From an uncultured delta proteobacterium (GTDB lineage Bacteria; Desulfobacterota; Binatia; HRBIN30; BPIQ01), in the NCBI GenBank assembly GCA_963761335.1, contig CAVXGR010000021.1, forward strand, positions 78,242 to 142,241: a stretch of 64,000 nt of DNA, written 5' to 3'. Below, one piece after another: positions 1-9,523 of this stretch (position 1 is the first letter of the stretch; each line of letters starts with the position of its first letter). The translations under genes were made by a program, and so were the position numbers. Under the pieces are notes generated by a model. It had not been told where the DNA came from. It was given only the letters and a program-made list of their open reading frames with translations, and made no database searches.

Positions 1-40
1 CGGCGCTGGGATCTGCTTCCCCGCCGAGGCGAGGAGGCAC

Positions 41-1372
41 ATGCTCGAGTTTCCCGAAGGATTTCTCTGGGGCACCGCGACCGCGGCGTATCAGATCGAG
101 GGTGGACACGACGCCGGCGGCCGCAAGCCATCGATCTGGGACACGTTCTCGCACCTTCCCGGCAAGGTCTTCGAGAACCAGAACGGCGACGTCGCCTGCG
201 ATCACTACCATCGCTATCGCGAAGACGTCGCCCTCATGGCGGGGCTCGGCCTCGACGCCTACCGCTTCTCGATCTCCTGGTCTCGCGTGCTTCCCGACGG
301 CACCGGTGCCGTGAACCGGGAAGGTCTGGACTTCTACAACCGCCTGGTCGACGCGCTGCTCGAGCGCGGCATCCGCCCGTTCATCACCCTCTATCATTGG
401 GATCTGCCGCAGGCGATCGAGGATCGCGGTGGCTGGGGGTCGCGCGAGACGCCGAAGGCCTTCGGCGAGTACGCCGCCGTGGTCGGCAGCGCCCTCGGCG
501 ACCGCGTCAAGGACTGGATCACGCTGAACGAGCCCATGGCCTCGGCGGTGCTCGGCTATATGTTCGGGATGCACGCGCCCGGCCTCCAGGACCCGGCGCT
601 GGGCTTCCGTGTCTCGCATCATCTCAATCTCGCCCACGGAGACGCGGTGCGGGTGCTGCGCGCTGCGGTGCCGCGTGCCAACATCGGCATCACCCACGTC
701 TCCGCGCCGGTGTACGCCGCCACCGACTCCGAGGCGGACCGTGCCGCCGCCCATCGCTACGACGGCTTCGTCAACCGCTGGTACTGGGATCCGCCGCTTC
801 TCGGCACCTATCCCGCCGACATCCTCGAACGCCTGGGACCCCTGGCGCCGCCGGTGGAGGACGGCGACATGGAACGCCTGTCGCCGCCGATCGATTTCTT
901 CGGTCACAACAGCTACTCGCGCGCCATCGTCCGCAACGACCCCGAGACGATGCTCACCGAGGTCGCCCAGGTGCCCGCGGTGGGCAAGCCGCACACCGAC
1001 ATGGGATGGGAGATCTACCCGGACCACCTGTACGATGCCCTGGTGCGCATCGATCGCGATTACGGTGCCCCGGAAATCTACATCACCGAGAACGGTGCCG
1101 CCTTTGCCGACGAGGTGGTGGCGGGCGCCGTCGACGACCCGCAGCGCATCGAATACCTGCGCGCCCATATCGCCGCGGCGCACCGCGCCATCCAGGACGG
1201 CGTGAAGCTGCGGGGCTATTTCTGCTGGTCCCTGCTCGACAACTTCGAGTGGTCGTTCGGCTACTCGAAGCGCTTCGGCATCGTCTACGTCGACTACCCC
1301 AGCCAGCGCCGCATCGTGAAGGCGAGCGGCCGCTTTCTCGCCGAGGTGGTGCGCCGCAACGGGTTGCCCTGA
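41..1372 (+). CDS. GH1 family beta-glucosidase
   Basis: 443-aa ORF with an RBS (GAGGAGG) upstream. Carries the N-terminal GH1 signature FLWGTATAAYQIEGG, the NEP acid/base region and the ITENG nucleophile motif. Confidence 0.9.
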   Translation: MLEFPEGFLWGTATAAYQIEGGHDAGGRKPSIWDTFSHLPGKVFENQNGDVACDHYHRYREDVALMAGLGLDAYRFSISWSRVLPDGTGAVNREGLDFYNRLVDALLERGIRPFITLYHWDLPQAIEDRGGWGSRETPKAFGEYAAVVGSALGDRVKDWITLNEPMASAVLGYMFGMHAPGLQDPALGFRVSHHLNLAHGDAVRVLRAAVPRANIGITHVSAPVYAATDSEADRAAAHRYDGFVNRWYWDPPLLGTYPADILERLGPLAPPVEDGDMERLSPPIDFFGHNSYSRAIVRNDPETMLTEVAQVPAVGKPHTDMGWEIYPDHLYDALVRIDRDYGAPEIYITENGAAFADEVVAGAVDDPQRIEYLRAHIAAAHRAIQDGVKLRGYFCWSLLDNFEWSFGYSKRFGIVYVDYPSQRRIVKASGRFLAEVVRRNGLP

Positions 1373-1375
1373 GAT

Positions 1376-1450
1376 GGGGACAGGCTACTTTTGCGCGTCG
1401 GCGGTGTCATGAAAGCGATGGTCTCGGCCGCAAAAGTTGCCTGTCCCCAG
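1376..1450. repeat. 75-bp inverted-repeat element (GGGGACAGGCTACTTTTGCG ... CGGCCGCAAAAGTTGCCTGTCCCC), family copy 1
   Basis: Near-perfect 20-bp arms seen directly, 3 nt after the bglA stop. The same element recurs at 49823-49894 and partially at 30670-30740. Confidence 0.7.
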
Positions 1451-1467
1451 CGGGCGTAGGTGCGGCG

Positions 1468-1893
1468 ATGCCTCTCGTCTCTGCCGGCTGCGTCGTCACC
1501 CGAGCCGGCCCGCAAGGTACCGAGGTGCTGCTGGTGCACGCCCGGCGGGCATCGTTCCGGCGCCCGCTCTTCGGCATTCCCAAGGGGCTTGTCGAGGCGG
1601 GGGAGACCCTCGAGGAGGCGGCCCGGCGCGAGACCGAGGAGGAGACCGGCCTACGGGTCCATATCCTCGGTCCTCTCGGCAGCATCAGGCAGAAGTCCGG
1701 CAAGATCGTGCACGCCTTTGGCGCCGTGGTGGCGCCCGAAAGTGAAGGCAGAATCGACAAAAAGGGCCGCTGTGAGGCCGCCGACGGGGAGAACGACGTC
1801 TGCCGTTTCTACCCCATCGAGAAGGCGCGTCCCCTGATGATCCCCGCTCAGCGCGAGCTCCTCGACCGGCTGGCCGAGATCCCCGCCCATTGA
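1468..1893 (+). CDS. NUDIX hydrolase
   Basis: ATG at 1468 lies in frame inside the spurious 397..1893 ORF. The product shows the Nudix box region GIPKGLVEAGETLEEAARRETEEETGL. About 141 aa. Confidence 0.75.
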   Translation: MPLVSAGCVVTRAGPQGTEVLLVHARRASFRRPLFGIPKGLVEAGETLEEAARRETEEETGLRVHILGPLGSIRQKSGKIVHAFGAVVAPESEGRIDKKGRCEAADGENDVCRFYPIEKARPLMIPAQRELLDRLAEIPAH

Positions 1894-1946
1894 CCTCGCC
1901 TCGCGCTCGCCGTAGCCTCCGGGAACCCAACCCCAAGGAGATTTAC

Positions 1947-2933
1947 ATGCGAACCATCGCCTTCACCGTCATAGCCGTTCTCGGCTCTGCCCTGATGGCT
2001 GTTGCCGCCGACACCACGGTGGCCACAGTCGCCGGGCACACCATCACCCAATCGGAGCTCGAGCAGCACGTGAAGCCCAAGCTGATCGAGATCGACAACG
2101 AGCGCTACGAGACGCTCAGCCAGGGTCTCGACGAGATGGTCACCGACATCCTGCTCGAGCAGGAGGCCAAGGCGCGCGGCATCAGCAAGGACGATCTGGT
2201 GGAGAAGGAGGTGGAGTCGAAGATCCCCGAGCCCACCGACGCCGAGGTGCAGAAGCTCTACGACGACAACAAGGATCAGCTCAACGGCGCTTCGCTCGAT
2301 TCGGTGAAGCCGCGCATCGTCCAGTACCTGAAGCAGCAGAAGGGAGCCGCGGTGGCCCAGACCTACATCGCCGGCCTCAAGAAGAAGTACAAGACGACGG
2401 TCCTCCTGCATCCGCCCGTTGTCGAGGTCGGCACCGGCCCGCGGCCGCCTCGCGGCGGCGCCAACGCGGCGGTCACCATCGTCACCTTCTCGGACTACGA
2501 GTGCCCCTTCTGCAAGCGCGCCGAGTCGACCGTGGACCAGGTGATGAAGGCGTACGGGGACAAGGTCCGCCTCTACTTCCGCGATTATCCGCTGCCCTTC
2601 CACCAGCACGCGCGACCGGCCGCCGAGGCCGCGGAGTGCGCCAATGCCCAGGGGAAGTTCTGGGACTACCACGACAAGCTGATGGCGAGTAAGGACCTGT
2701 CGCCGGAGAACCTGAAGAAGATGGCCGCCGACACCGGTATGGACGCCAAGAAGTTCGACGAGTGCGTCGCCAAGAACCCGTACAAGGACATCATCGAGAA
2801 GGACATCGCCGACGGCGCCACCGCCGGAGTCAACGGCACGCCCGCCTTCTTCATCAACGGTCGCCTGATCTCCGGCGCCCAGCCGTTCGAGAAGTTCAAG
2901 GAGATCATCGACGAGGAGCTGGCGCGGAAATAG
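1947..2933 (+). CDS. Periplasmic DsbA-like thiol:disulfide oxidoreductase with an N-terminal SurA-like chaperone region
   Basis: AAGGAG RBS at 1935-1940 and a signal peptide. CPFC thioredoxin-fold active site within FSDYECPFC. The C-terminal FFINGR motif is typical of the DsbA/FrnE family. Confidence 0.8.
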   Translation: MRTIAFTVIAVLGSALMAVAADTTVATVAGHTITQSELEQHVKPKLIEIDNERYETLSQGLDEMVTDILLEQEAKARGISKDDLVEKEVESKIPEPTDAEVQKLYDDNKDQLNGASLDSVKPRIVQYLKQQKGAAVAQTYIAGLKKKYKTTVLLHPPVVEVGTGPRPPRGGANAAVTIVTFSDYECPFCKRAESTVDQVMKAYGDKVRLYFRDYPLPFHQHARPAAEAAECANAQGKFWDYHDKLMASKDLSPENLKKMAADTGMDAKKFDECVAKNPYKDIIEKDIADGATAGVNGTPAFFINGRLISGAQPFEKFKEIIDEELARK

Positions 2934-2936
2934 GGA

Positions 2937-5129
2937 TTGGTGTCCGGCCGAGGATCAAAGAGACGGGGCGCGGCGCTGCTGCTCGGCGGCGCCGCCTTCC
3001 TGGTTGCCTCGGCGGCGTCGGCCATCGTCGTTCCCGACGATTACTCGACCATCCAGGCGGCCCTGAACGCCGCCGTTCCGGGTGACACCATCGAGGTGAA
3101 GGACACCCCCGGGCCCTATGCGGAGAAGATCGCCTTCCCGAGCAGCGGGGCCCCGGGGGCCTACATCACCCTGCAGGCGTTCGCCGGCCATTCGCCGGTG
3201 CTCGACGGCACCGGGGTGCCCGGCGAGAACATGGTGCTCATCGACTCGAAGAGCTACGTCAAGATCGTCGGCTTCGAGATTCGCAACAACCTCGGCGTCC
3301 ACGACGGCTCCGGGATCCGCGTCCTCGGCTCCGGCTCGCACATCGAGCTTCGCGACAACCGCATTCACGACATCCGCGGCAGCAATGCCATGGGGATCAC
3401 CGTCTACGGCACCGAGGCGACCTCGATCTCGGATCTGATCATCGACGGCAACCAGATCTACGACTGCGAGCCGGCGCGCAGCGAGGCGCTGACGCTCAAC
3501 GGCAATGTCGAGACGTTCGAGGTGACCAACAACGTCGTCCGAGACGTGAACAACATCGGCATCGATTTCATCGGCGGCGAGACCGACATCCAGCCGGACA
3601 CCAGCAAGGTGGCGCGCAACGGCGTGTGTCGCGGCAACCAGGTCTACCGCGCCAACTCGATCTACGGCGGTGGTTATGCCGGCGGCATCTACGTCGACGG
3701 CGGCAAGGACATCGTCATCGAGCGCAACATCGTCGCCGAGAGCGATCTGGGGCTCGAGGTCGGCGCCGAGAACTCCGGCATCGTCAGCAGCGGCGTCATC
3801 GTCCGCGACAACATCCTCTACCACAACCAGAAGGCGGGCCTCGCCTTCGGCGGCTACGCGGCGTCCGTCGGGCGGGTGAAGAGCTGCTCGTTCCTCAACA
3901 ACACGCTCTATCAGAACGACACGCTGAACGTCGGGCTGGGGGAGCTGTGGGTCCAGTACGCCGAGGACAACGTCGTCCGCAACAATGTCTTCTACGCCGG
4001 CGCGCAGAACCTGCTCATCTACTCGGAGTCCGGCAACGTCAACAACGCCCTCGACTACAATCTCTGGTTCGCGGACGCCGGCGCCGGCAGCGCCGTCTTC
4101 GTCTGGAAGAACACGGGGTACAGCGGCTTCGCCTCTTACCTCGCCGGATCCGGCGAGGACGCCCACTCGGTGTTTGCCGATCCGCAGCTCGTCGACGCCG
4201 GCGCCGCCGACTTCCACCTGTCGTCGACCTCGCCGGCGGTGAACGCCGGCGATCCGGGCTTCGCCGCGGCGATGGGGGAGACGGACATCGACGGCGCGCC
4301 GCGGGTCAGCGGCGGCCGCGTCGATGCCGGCGCCGACGAGGTGACCTGCGGCGACGGCGTGATCGACGCCGGCGAGACCTGCGACGATGGCAATCTGGTC
4401 GATTGCGACGGCTGTGACAGCAACTGCACCGATTCGAGCCTGTGCGGCAACGGCATCGTCTGCGGCGCCGAGCAGTGCGACGACGGCAACACCGTGAATG
4501 GAGACTGCTGCTCCGCGAGCTGCGGCTTCGAGGCGGGCGGTGCGCCGTGCGACGACGGCGATCTCTGCACGCACGGCGACAGCTGCGACGGCGCCGGGCA
4601 GTGCGCCGGTACCGCCACTCCCGCGCCGGTGTGCGACGCCCCGACGCTTGCGGGCAAGTCGCTCCTGCTGCTGCGCGATCGCGACCCGGACAAGCGCGAT
4701 CTGCTGGTGTGGAGATGGACGAAGGGGCCGCTGGTGGACATCGGAGACTTCGGCGACCCGACGGCGAGCACCGCCTACGCCCTCTGCATCTACGACGGCT
4801 CCGGCGACCCGCAGCCGCGGCTGCGCGCCGCCATCGATGCCGGCGGGCAGTGCGCCGGAAAGCCGTGCTGGCGCCCGACGAAGAAGGGGTACCGCTATCG
4901 CGACAAGAATCTCCTCGCCGGCGGTGTGAAGACGATCAACCTGATATCCGGCGATCCCGGTCGCAGCCGCATCATCGTCCGGGGCAAGGGGGACAACCTC
5001 GACATGCCGTCCCTCGGCCTCACGCCACCGGTCACCGCGCAGCTCGAGAACGACGCTGGAGCCTGCTGGGGGGCGACGTACTCTTCGCCGATCGCCAACG
5101 ACCCGACGTTGCTCAAGGCCAGAGAGTGA
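2937..5129 (+). CDS. Secreted right-handed parallel beta-helix (pectin-lyase fold) protein with three Myxococcus-type cysteine-rich repeats and the shared C-terminal module
   Basis: TTG start and a signal peptide (AAFLVASAASA). Beta-helix repeat region (IEVKDTPGPYAEKIAF..., NNVVRDVNNIGIDF). Three CG(D/N)G-x6-CDDGN repeats at roughly aa 470-550. The C-terminal ~175 aa resemble the C-termini of the ORFs at 38275 and 41867. Confidence 0.75.
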   Translation: MVSGRGSKRRGAALLLGGAAFLVASAASAIVVPDDYSTIQAALNAAVPGDTIEVKDTPGPYAEKIAFPSSGAPGAYITLQAFAGHSPVLDGTGVPGENMVLIDSKSYVKIVGFEIRNNLGVHDGSGIRVLGSGSHIELRDNRIHDIRGSNAMGITVYGTEATSISDLIIDGNQIYDCEPARSEALTLNGNVETFEVTNNVVRDVNNIGIDFIGGETDIQPDTSKVARNGVCRGNQVYRANSIYGGGYAGGIYVDGGKDIVIERNIVAESDLGLEVGAENSGIVSSGVIVRDNILYHNQKAGLAFGGYAASVGRVKSCSFLNNTLYQNDTLNVGLGELWVQYAEDNVVRNNVFYAGAQNLLIYSESGNVNNALDYNLWFADAGAGSAVFVWKNTGYSGFASYLAGSGEDAHSVFADPQLVDAGAADFHLSSTSPAVNAGDPGFAAAMGETDIDGAPRVSGGRVDAGADEVTCGDGVIDAGETCDDGNLVDCDGCDSNCTDSSLCGNGIVCGAEQCDDGNTVNGDCCSASCGFEAGGAPCDDGDLCTHGDSCDGAGQCAGTATPAPVCDAPTLAGKSLLLLRDRDPDKRDLLVWRWTKGPLVDIGDFGDPTASTAYALCIYDGSGDPQPRLRAAIDAGGQCAGKPCWRPTKKGYRYRDKNLLAGGVKTINLISGDPGRSRIIVRGKGDNLDMPSLGLTPPVTAQLENDAGACWGATYSSPIANDPTLLKARE

Positions 5130-5188
5130 AGGAGCGAGGTGCCGAGGGGTTGGGTGCTGGGGGCCGAACGGGGCGCGAAATTTCGCGG

Positions 5189-5764
5189 TTATTCGCGGGG
5201 AGAGCCTTCGGCATCCTGCCCGCGCAGCGTATGCCAGCCGCGGCGGACTCTGACCCAGGCGTTCATGGCGCCCCGCTGGCCCAAGATCAAGGCCGCGCCG
5301 ACGAGAATCATCGCGCCGCTCTGGGCCAGCTCGCCGGCGATCTCGCGGGCGAATTCCTGGACACTGTCACCGCGAGCGTCGCTGAGGGCGAAGGCCGTTG
5401 CGAAACGCGCAAAGTGCGGCAGTGCCGCCGCGATCATCGCGGTGCCGATGACGGCGAGGAGCATCGCTCTGAGATCGGCGATTGAGATCGTTGCCGCCGC
5501 CGGGGCGGCGGGGTCGCCGAGCTTCCAGGTGGCGAGCCGTCCGCTGTACCCGATCAGCGCCCCGCCGAGGCCGAAGAGCAGGACGGTAGGGACAATGCCG
5601 ATCGCCGCCACCGCCGGCCAGCTCACGTTGAGCGGCAGAAGCTGCTTCTGAAGCTCGGGGCTGAGCAGGAACCCTACCGCGAACAAATTGTTCAATGCCT
5701 CGACCAGGGCATAGATCCCGGCGAGCACGAAGGCGAGCGATCCGAGCTCACGCTTAGTCATCAT
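5189..5764 (-). CDS. Hypothetical small integral membrane protein
   Basis: 191-aa ORF starting MMTKRELGS with an AAGGA RBS. Several hydrophobic segments. No recognisable family. Confidence 0.5.
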   Translation of the reverse strand: MMTKRELGSLAFVLAGIYALVEALNNLFAVGFLLSPELQKQLLPLNVSWPAVAAIGIVPTVLLFGLGGALIGYSGRLATWKLGDPAAPAAATISIADLRAMLLAVIGTAMIAAALPHFARFATAFALSDARGDSVQEFAREIAGELAQSGAMILVGAALILGQRGAMNAWVRVRRGWHTLRGQDAEGSPRE

Positions 5765-5867
5765 CCTTGGTATCCTTTCAGCTGCCGGGCAACCGCGCCG
5801 ACGCGGTCGCGTTCCGGGAAAGGCTCTGGCGCTCTCTCTGCTATCTGCCTTTCCGTAGCGCCACAAG

Positions 5868-7252
5868 TCAAGGGGCGGAAGCGTAGCCAGGTAGGTGGGA
5901 GAGCTGCTCGTGCAGCCACGCGGCCAGCAGCTGGTTGCCGGCGGCGGTGAAGTGCGGATCCATCGGCCTGTCGAAGTAGATGGGACGGCCGCTCCTGTAT
6001 GCCTCTCGCACCGTCTCGCCGGCGTCGAGAGCCTCGATGCCGAGTTGCCGCGCGACGGCGAGGATCTGCGGCGCTGAAGTGCGGCTGGTCGGGTCTTCCA
6101 CCCATTGGCGCGATGGCAGCACGACGACGGTGAAGCCGATCTTCCGCGCCTCAGCTCGGCGCGGGCCGCATCCAGGATCGCTGCGAGGTGCGAGACGCCA
6201 ACCTCTTCCGAGGAAATGGTGTGCAGCGGCATCGGTGGAATGCCGGTGACGATGGCGGCGCTCAGATGAGCTGCGACAGAGGATCGGCCGACCATGGCGC
6301 GCAAGAGAAACGGAGGCGGGCTGTGGTGGAGCAGCCAGCTCGCCCCGGGCTTGGCCAAATCCACGGCGCTCGGTGTGGCGCAGCGCATCGACAATCCCTC
6401 GGGGCCGTATTCCAGAAGCGATTGCCAGCCGCAGCAGGGATAACCGTCATCGAGACCGGTGATGTCGTTGTCCTCGAATAGGTACATCACCACCAGATCG
6501 ACGTGTTGCGCCGTGAGCCAGCGACGTAGCACCAGAAGGTAGGCATCCGGCGCCGTGCCGGGAATGCCGGCGTTGATGTGCTGCGTGTCCGGTTCCAGGT
6601 GCTCGAGATCGGCGGCGATCGTCTCGTGGCGCGCCACCCCAAAGCCGAATATCATCGAGTCGCCGACGTGCAGAACGCTCCGCTTGGCCTCCCGTCGAGA
6701 TACGAACGTCGAGGGCGTCACGACGTCCGTTTCCTGGCTGGCGTCGAGAATGCCGGGATACCGGCCCCCATAGATGATCGAGCAGACGATCTCCTGGCTG
6801 CGAAGATCCCAGGAAGAATGGTGGGTGCCGGCGCGCATCGCGTCGGCGAGCAGCAAGTGCGGTCCACCCTCTGTCGGGAAGGCGGGCGGCACTGGCAGCC
6901 ACAGCCGGCAGGCGACCTCCAGCAGTAGCACGCTGCCGCCGAGCGAGCCGGCCGCCAGGGCGACGCCAGCGCGATTTGCAAGGGCGTCGTGTGCACTCCA
7001 GAGAGCCCCGGCACCGATGAAGAGGCCCTCCAGCAAAGCATCCCAGAAGCCGATGAGCGGGTAGAGCAGGACCAGTACGATGGTCAATGCGACCGGGGTC
7101 GCGAGCAGCGCGGCTGCGGCCCTGAAGCCGTCGCAGCGCCTGCCCCGCAAGCGCCGGATTACCAACCCGAGGGTTGTGCCCAGCCCGATCGGCACCACGA
7201 CCAGGGCCACTGCCGTGATTGCCGTCGCGATTGCGAGCGAGGGGTCGTGCAC
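5868..7252 (-). pseudogene. Membrane-anchored SGNH/GDSL hydrolase, apparently frameshifted near 6100-6150
   Basis: GTG start at 7252. N-terminal TM helices, then a GDS block (VLHVGDSMIFGFGV) in the frame ending at 7252. The C-terminal catalytic D-x-x-H block (DRPMDPHFTAAGNQLLAAWL) lies in a different frame (ORF 5868..6122). Confidence 0.5.
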
Positions 7253-7303
7253 TTTCTGCCCACCACCGCGCCGCGGCGACCGGAGTCGGGACCTGCCCCT
7301 CGC

Positions 7304-7981
7304 CTACACGCCGAAGAGGGGACCGTGCGCGACGTAGATCAACACCGCCAGGACGATGCCGATGACGGCACCCATCCACGGGATCTCCGCCAGCGCCAAG
7401 TGGTTACGGCCGGCGGCGATTGCGGCGAACGGGAGCAGAGACGTCTCGGCGTAGAACTCCGCGAGCGCGCCGCCATCAGTGAGGCGCTTGCGGGCGTCCT
7501 GGTGTGCGGCCCCGATCGCGCCGAAGGCGACGAAGCCGCCGAAGAAAATGACGTCGGCGAGAGAGCCGTTGACGAGCAAATGCGCCACGGCCCACAGGCC
7601 GATCGCCATGAAGAGCGGATGGCGGGTGACGCGGGTGATGCCGTGGCTGCGCTTCGCCGCTCCCGGCACCATCCCGGTCGGGCTCGGCTGCACGAAGGAG
7701 AGCACCAGGAGGACGAAGGCCGCCGCCGCGAGAATGATGGCGAGCCAGCGCACCGCCGGGACAAAGCGAAGGTTCCACAATATCGGACCGGAGTGCCGGT
7801 GATTGAAGTAGATGATTGCCAGCGGGATGAAGGTCGCCAGGGCGACCAGAGAGTAGATGCCCTGAAAGCCGCGCTCTCCGAGCCGATCAATGAGGGGCCG
7901 CCGCACCGGCATCGCGGAGAGCACCAGGTGCGAGCCCGCGAAGGCGATCCAGAGAAGCAAGACGGAGAACCAGGCCGGCAT
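7304..7981 (-). CDS. NnrU family membrane protein
   Basis: 225-aa polytopic membrane protein carrying the NnrU-typical ITRHPLF motif. Confidence 0.8.
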   Translation of the reverse strand: MPAWFSVLLLWIAFAGSHLVLSAMPVRRPLIDRLGERGFQGIYSLVALATFIPLAIIYFNHRHSGPILWNLRFVPAVRWLAIILAAAAFVLLVLSFVQPSPTGMVPGAAKRSHGITRVTRHPLFMAIGLWAVAHLLVNGSLADVIFFGGFVAFGAIGAAHQDARKRLTDGGALAEFYAETSLLPFAAIAAGRNHLALAEIPWMGAVIGIVLAVLIYVAHGPLFGV

Positions 7982-8039
7982 CGTCGATCTACCTGAGCGT
8001 ATCTACGACAAATGCCGGGAAGAATGAAGCGCTCTCCAT

Positions 8040-8633
8040 TCACGGGCGGGCGTGCTTGCCGACCTCCCACCCCGAGCCCGCCAGGTGCTGCGCCGCGAAG
8101 CGACGTGGCTCGTCCTCGAGCTCCGTGGCGAAGGTGTCGTTCCAGCGATTCAACCAGCCGAACAGCGCCGCCACCGCGACCATCTCGACGATCTGCTCTT
8201 CGCTGAAGTGTTGGCGCAGCTGCGTGAAGTGTTCGGGGGTGACGTTGTTGGGAACGATCGCCGCGTCGCGGGCGAGACGCAGCGCGATCCGTTCGGCGTC
8301 GCTGAAGTCGGGGTAGGTGTCGAACTCGAAGGCGTGCTCGATCTTCTCCGCCGGCACGCCGAAGCGCGCCGCGTGCGCCGAGGTGTGCGCCTGACAGTAG
8401 CGGCACCCGGAGGCGTTACTGGCGACGTAGGCGATCAGCTGCTTCAGACCCGGGTCGACCGTCCCCGGGCCGATCACGGCGCCGGCGAGCATGGAGAAGG
8501 GGCGGAGGATGTCCGGGCAGCGCCCCATGACGTAGAGGCTCCGCGGCACGAACCCCATCGAGGCTTCCGCCATCTGGAAGAAAGGCTCGAACTCGGCCAG
8601 CTGCTCACGCGGTATGGGTGGAACATGGGACAT
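8040..8633 (-). CDS. Carboxymuconolactone decarboxylase / AhpD-like family protein
   Basis: GAGGAG RBS. AhpD-like CxxCxxHT motif (CRYCQAHT). Confidence 0.8.
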   Translation of the reverse strand: MSHVPPIPREQLAEFEPFFQMAEASMGFVPRSLYVMGRCPDILRPFSMLAGAVIGPGTVDPGLKQLIAYVASNASGCRYCQAHTSAHAARFGVPAEKIEHAFEFDTYPDFSDAERIALRLARDAAIVPNNVTPEHFTQLRQHFSEEQIVEMVAVAALFGWLNRWNDTFATELEDEPRRFAAQHLAGSGWEVGKHARP

Positions 8634-8690
8634 TTCGCATTCTCCTCTCGGTTGGTTTGCTGGACTCTGGTGGTTCGACTGCCAGATTGC

Positions 8691-9491
8691 TCAATCGGCG
8701 CGGCCGGCGATTGCCTCGACCTGCGGCCAGACAGCTTCTCCGTTCTGACGCAGCATGGCCACCGCCGCTTCGGGAGCCCACTTCGAGACGGCGATCTCGA
8801 ATGCCGGACGGGCCTGTACCCGCTCATACCAGCGGGCCAGGGAGGGGCGCGCATCGGCGGCAAGGAGCGGCGTCATCGCCAGATGATCCAGGCGAAGCAC
8901 GTACGGGAGCACGCAGGCATCCGCGAGGCCGAAGGAGCTGCCCGAGAGCCAATCGCGCTGCGCCAGCGTTACCTCCGCCCGGTCGAGGAGGTCGATCATT
9001 TTTCTCAGGGCGCCGGCAAACTCGGGCGCCTCGACCCCGTGCTCGATGACGCTGCGACGCGCCTCGCGTTCCGCCGGATCGGGAATCGAGCTGATGTTGG
9101 CCTCCAGCATCTCCTTGGGCAGCTGCAGCAGGAGGTTGCGCGGGCCGATGGCAAAGGTCACCACGGCGGTGGCGGCGTGGGCTTTTTCGTCGACGCGCTT
9201 CGTCCACAGGCGGACCTCGTGCCGCCCGCGGGCGTCGCTCGGCCGCATTGGTATCGCGGGGAAAGCTTCGTCGAGGTACTCGTTGATGAGGGTCGACTCG
9301 ATCAGCACGGCGCCGTCGTGCACCAGCGTCGGCACGACGTGGTTCGGATTCAGCTTTACGTACTCCGAATCGTGCTGGCCCCCGGTCATGAGATCGACCT
9401 CGTGGGACACGAAGTCGAGCCCCTTCTCCGCCAACACCAGGCGGACCTTCTGGGAGCAAGTCGAGAATGCATAGTGGTAGAGCTCGAGCAT
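8691..9491 (-). CDS. Glutathione S-transferase
   Basis: ATG at 9491 with an AAGGAG RBS. N-terminal GST thioredoxin-like domain (MLELYHYAFSTCSQKVRLVLAEKGL...VVPTLVHDG...ESTLINEYL) followed by a C-terminal helical domain. Confidence 0.85.
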   Translation of the reverse strand: MLELYHYAFSTCSQKVRLVLAEKGLDFVSHEVDLMTGGQHDSEYVKLNPNHVVPTLVHDGAVLIESTLINEYLDEAFPAIPMRPSDARGRHEVRLWTKRVDEKAHAATAVVTFAIGPRNLLLQLPKEMLEANISSIPDPAEREARRSVIEHGVEAPEFAGALRKMIDLLDRAEVTLAQRDWLSGSSFGLADACVLPYVLRLDHLAMTPLLAADARPSLARWYERVQARPAFEIAVSKWAPEAAVAMLRQNGEAVWPQVEAIAGRAD

Positions 9492-9523
9492 GATGGGTGA
9501 TCTCCTTTCCGTGTGTGATTGAG

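Noticed and set aside
397-1893. 498-aa plus ORF spanning bglA and the NUDIX gene
   Set aside because: Only the last about 141 aa (from the ATG at 1468) are genuine NUDIX sequence. The upstream part is an Arg/Pro/Gly-rich alternative frame of bglA.
2955-4574. 539-aa minus-strand ORF overlapping the beta-helix gene
   Set aside because: Ala/Val/Gly/Asp/Arg-rich low-complexity translation, typical of the antisense strand of a high-GC gene. The plus-strand product has clear beta-helix and Cys-repeat motifs.
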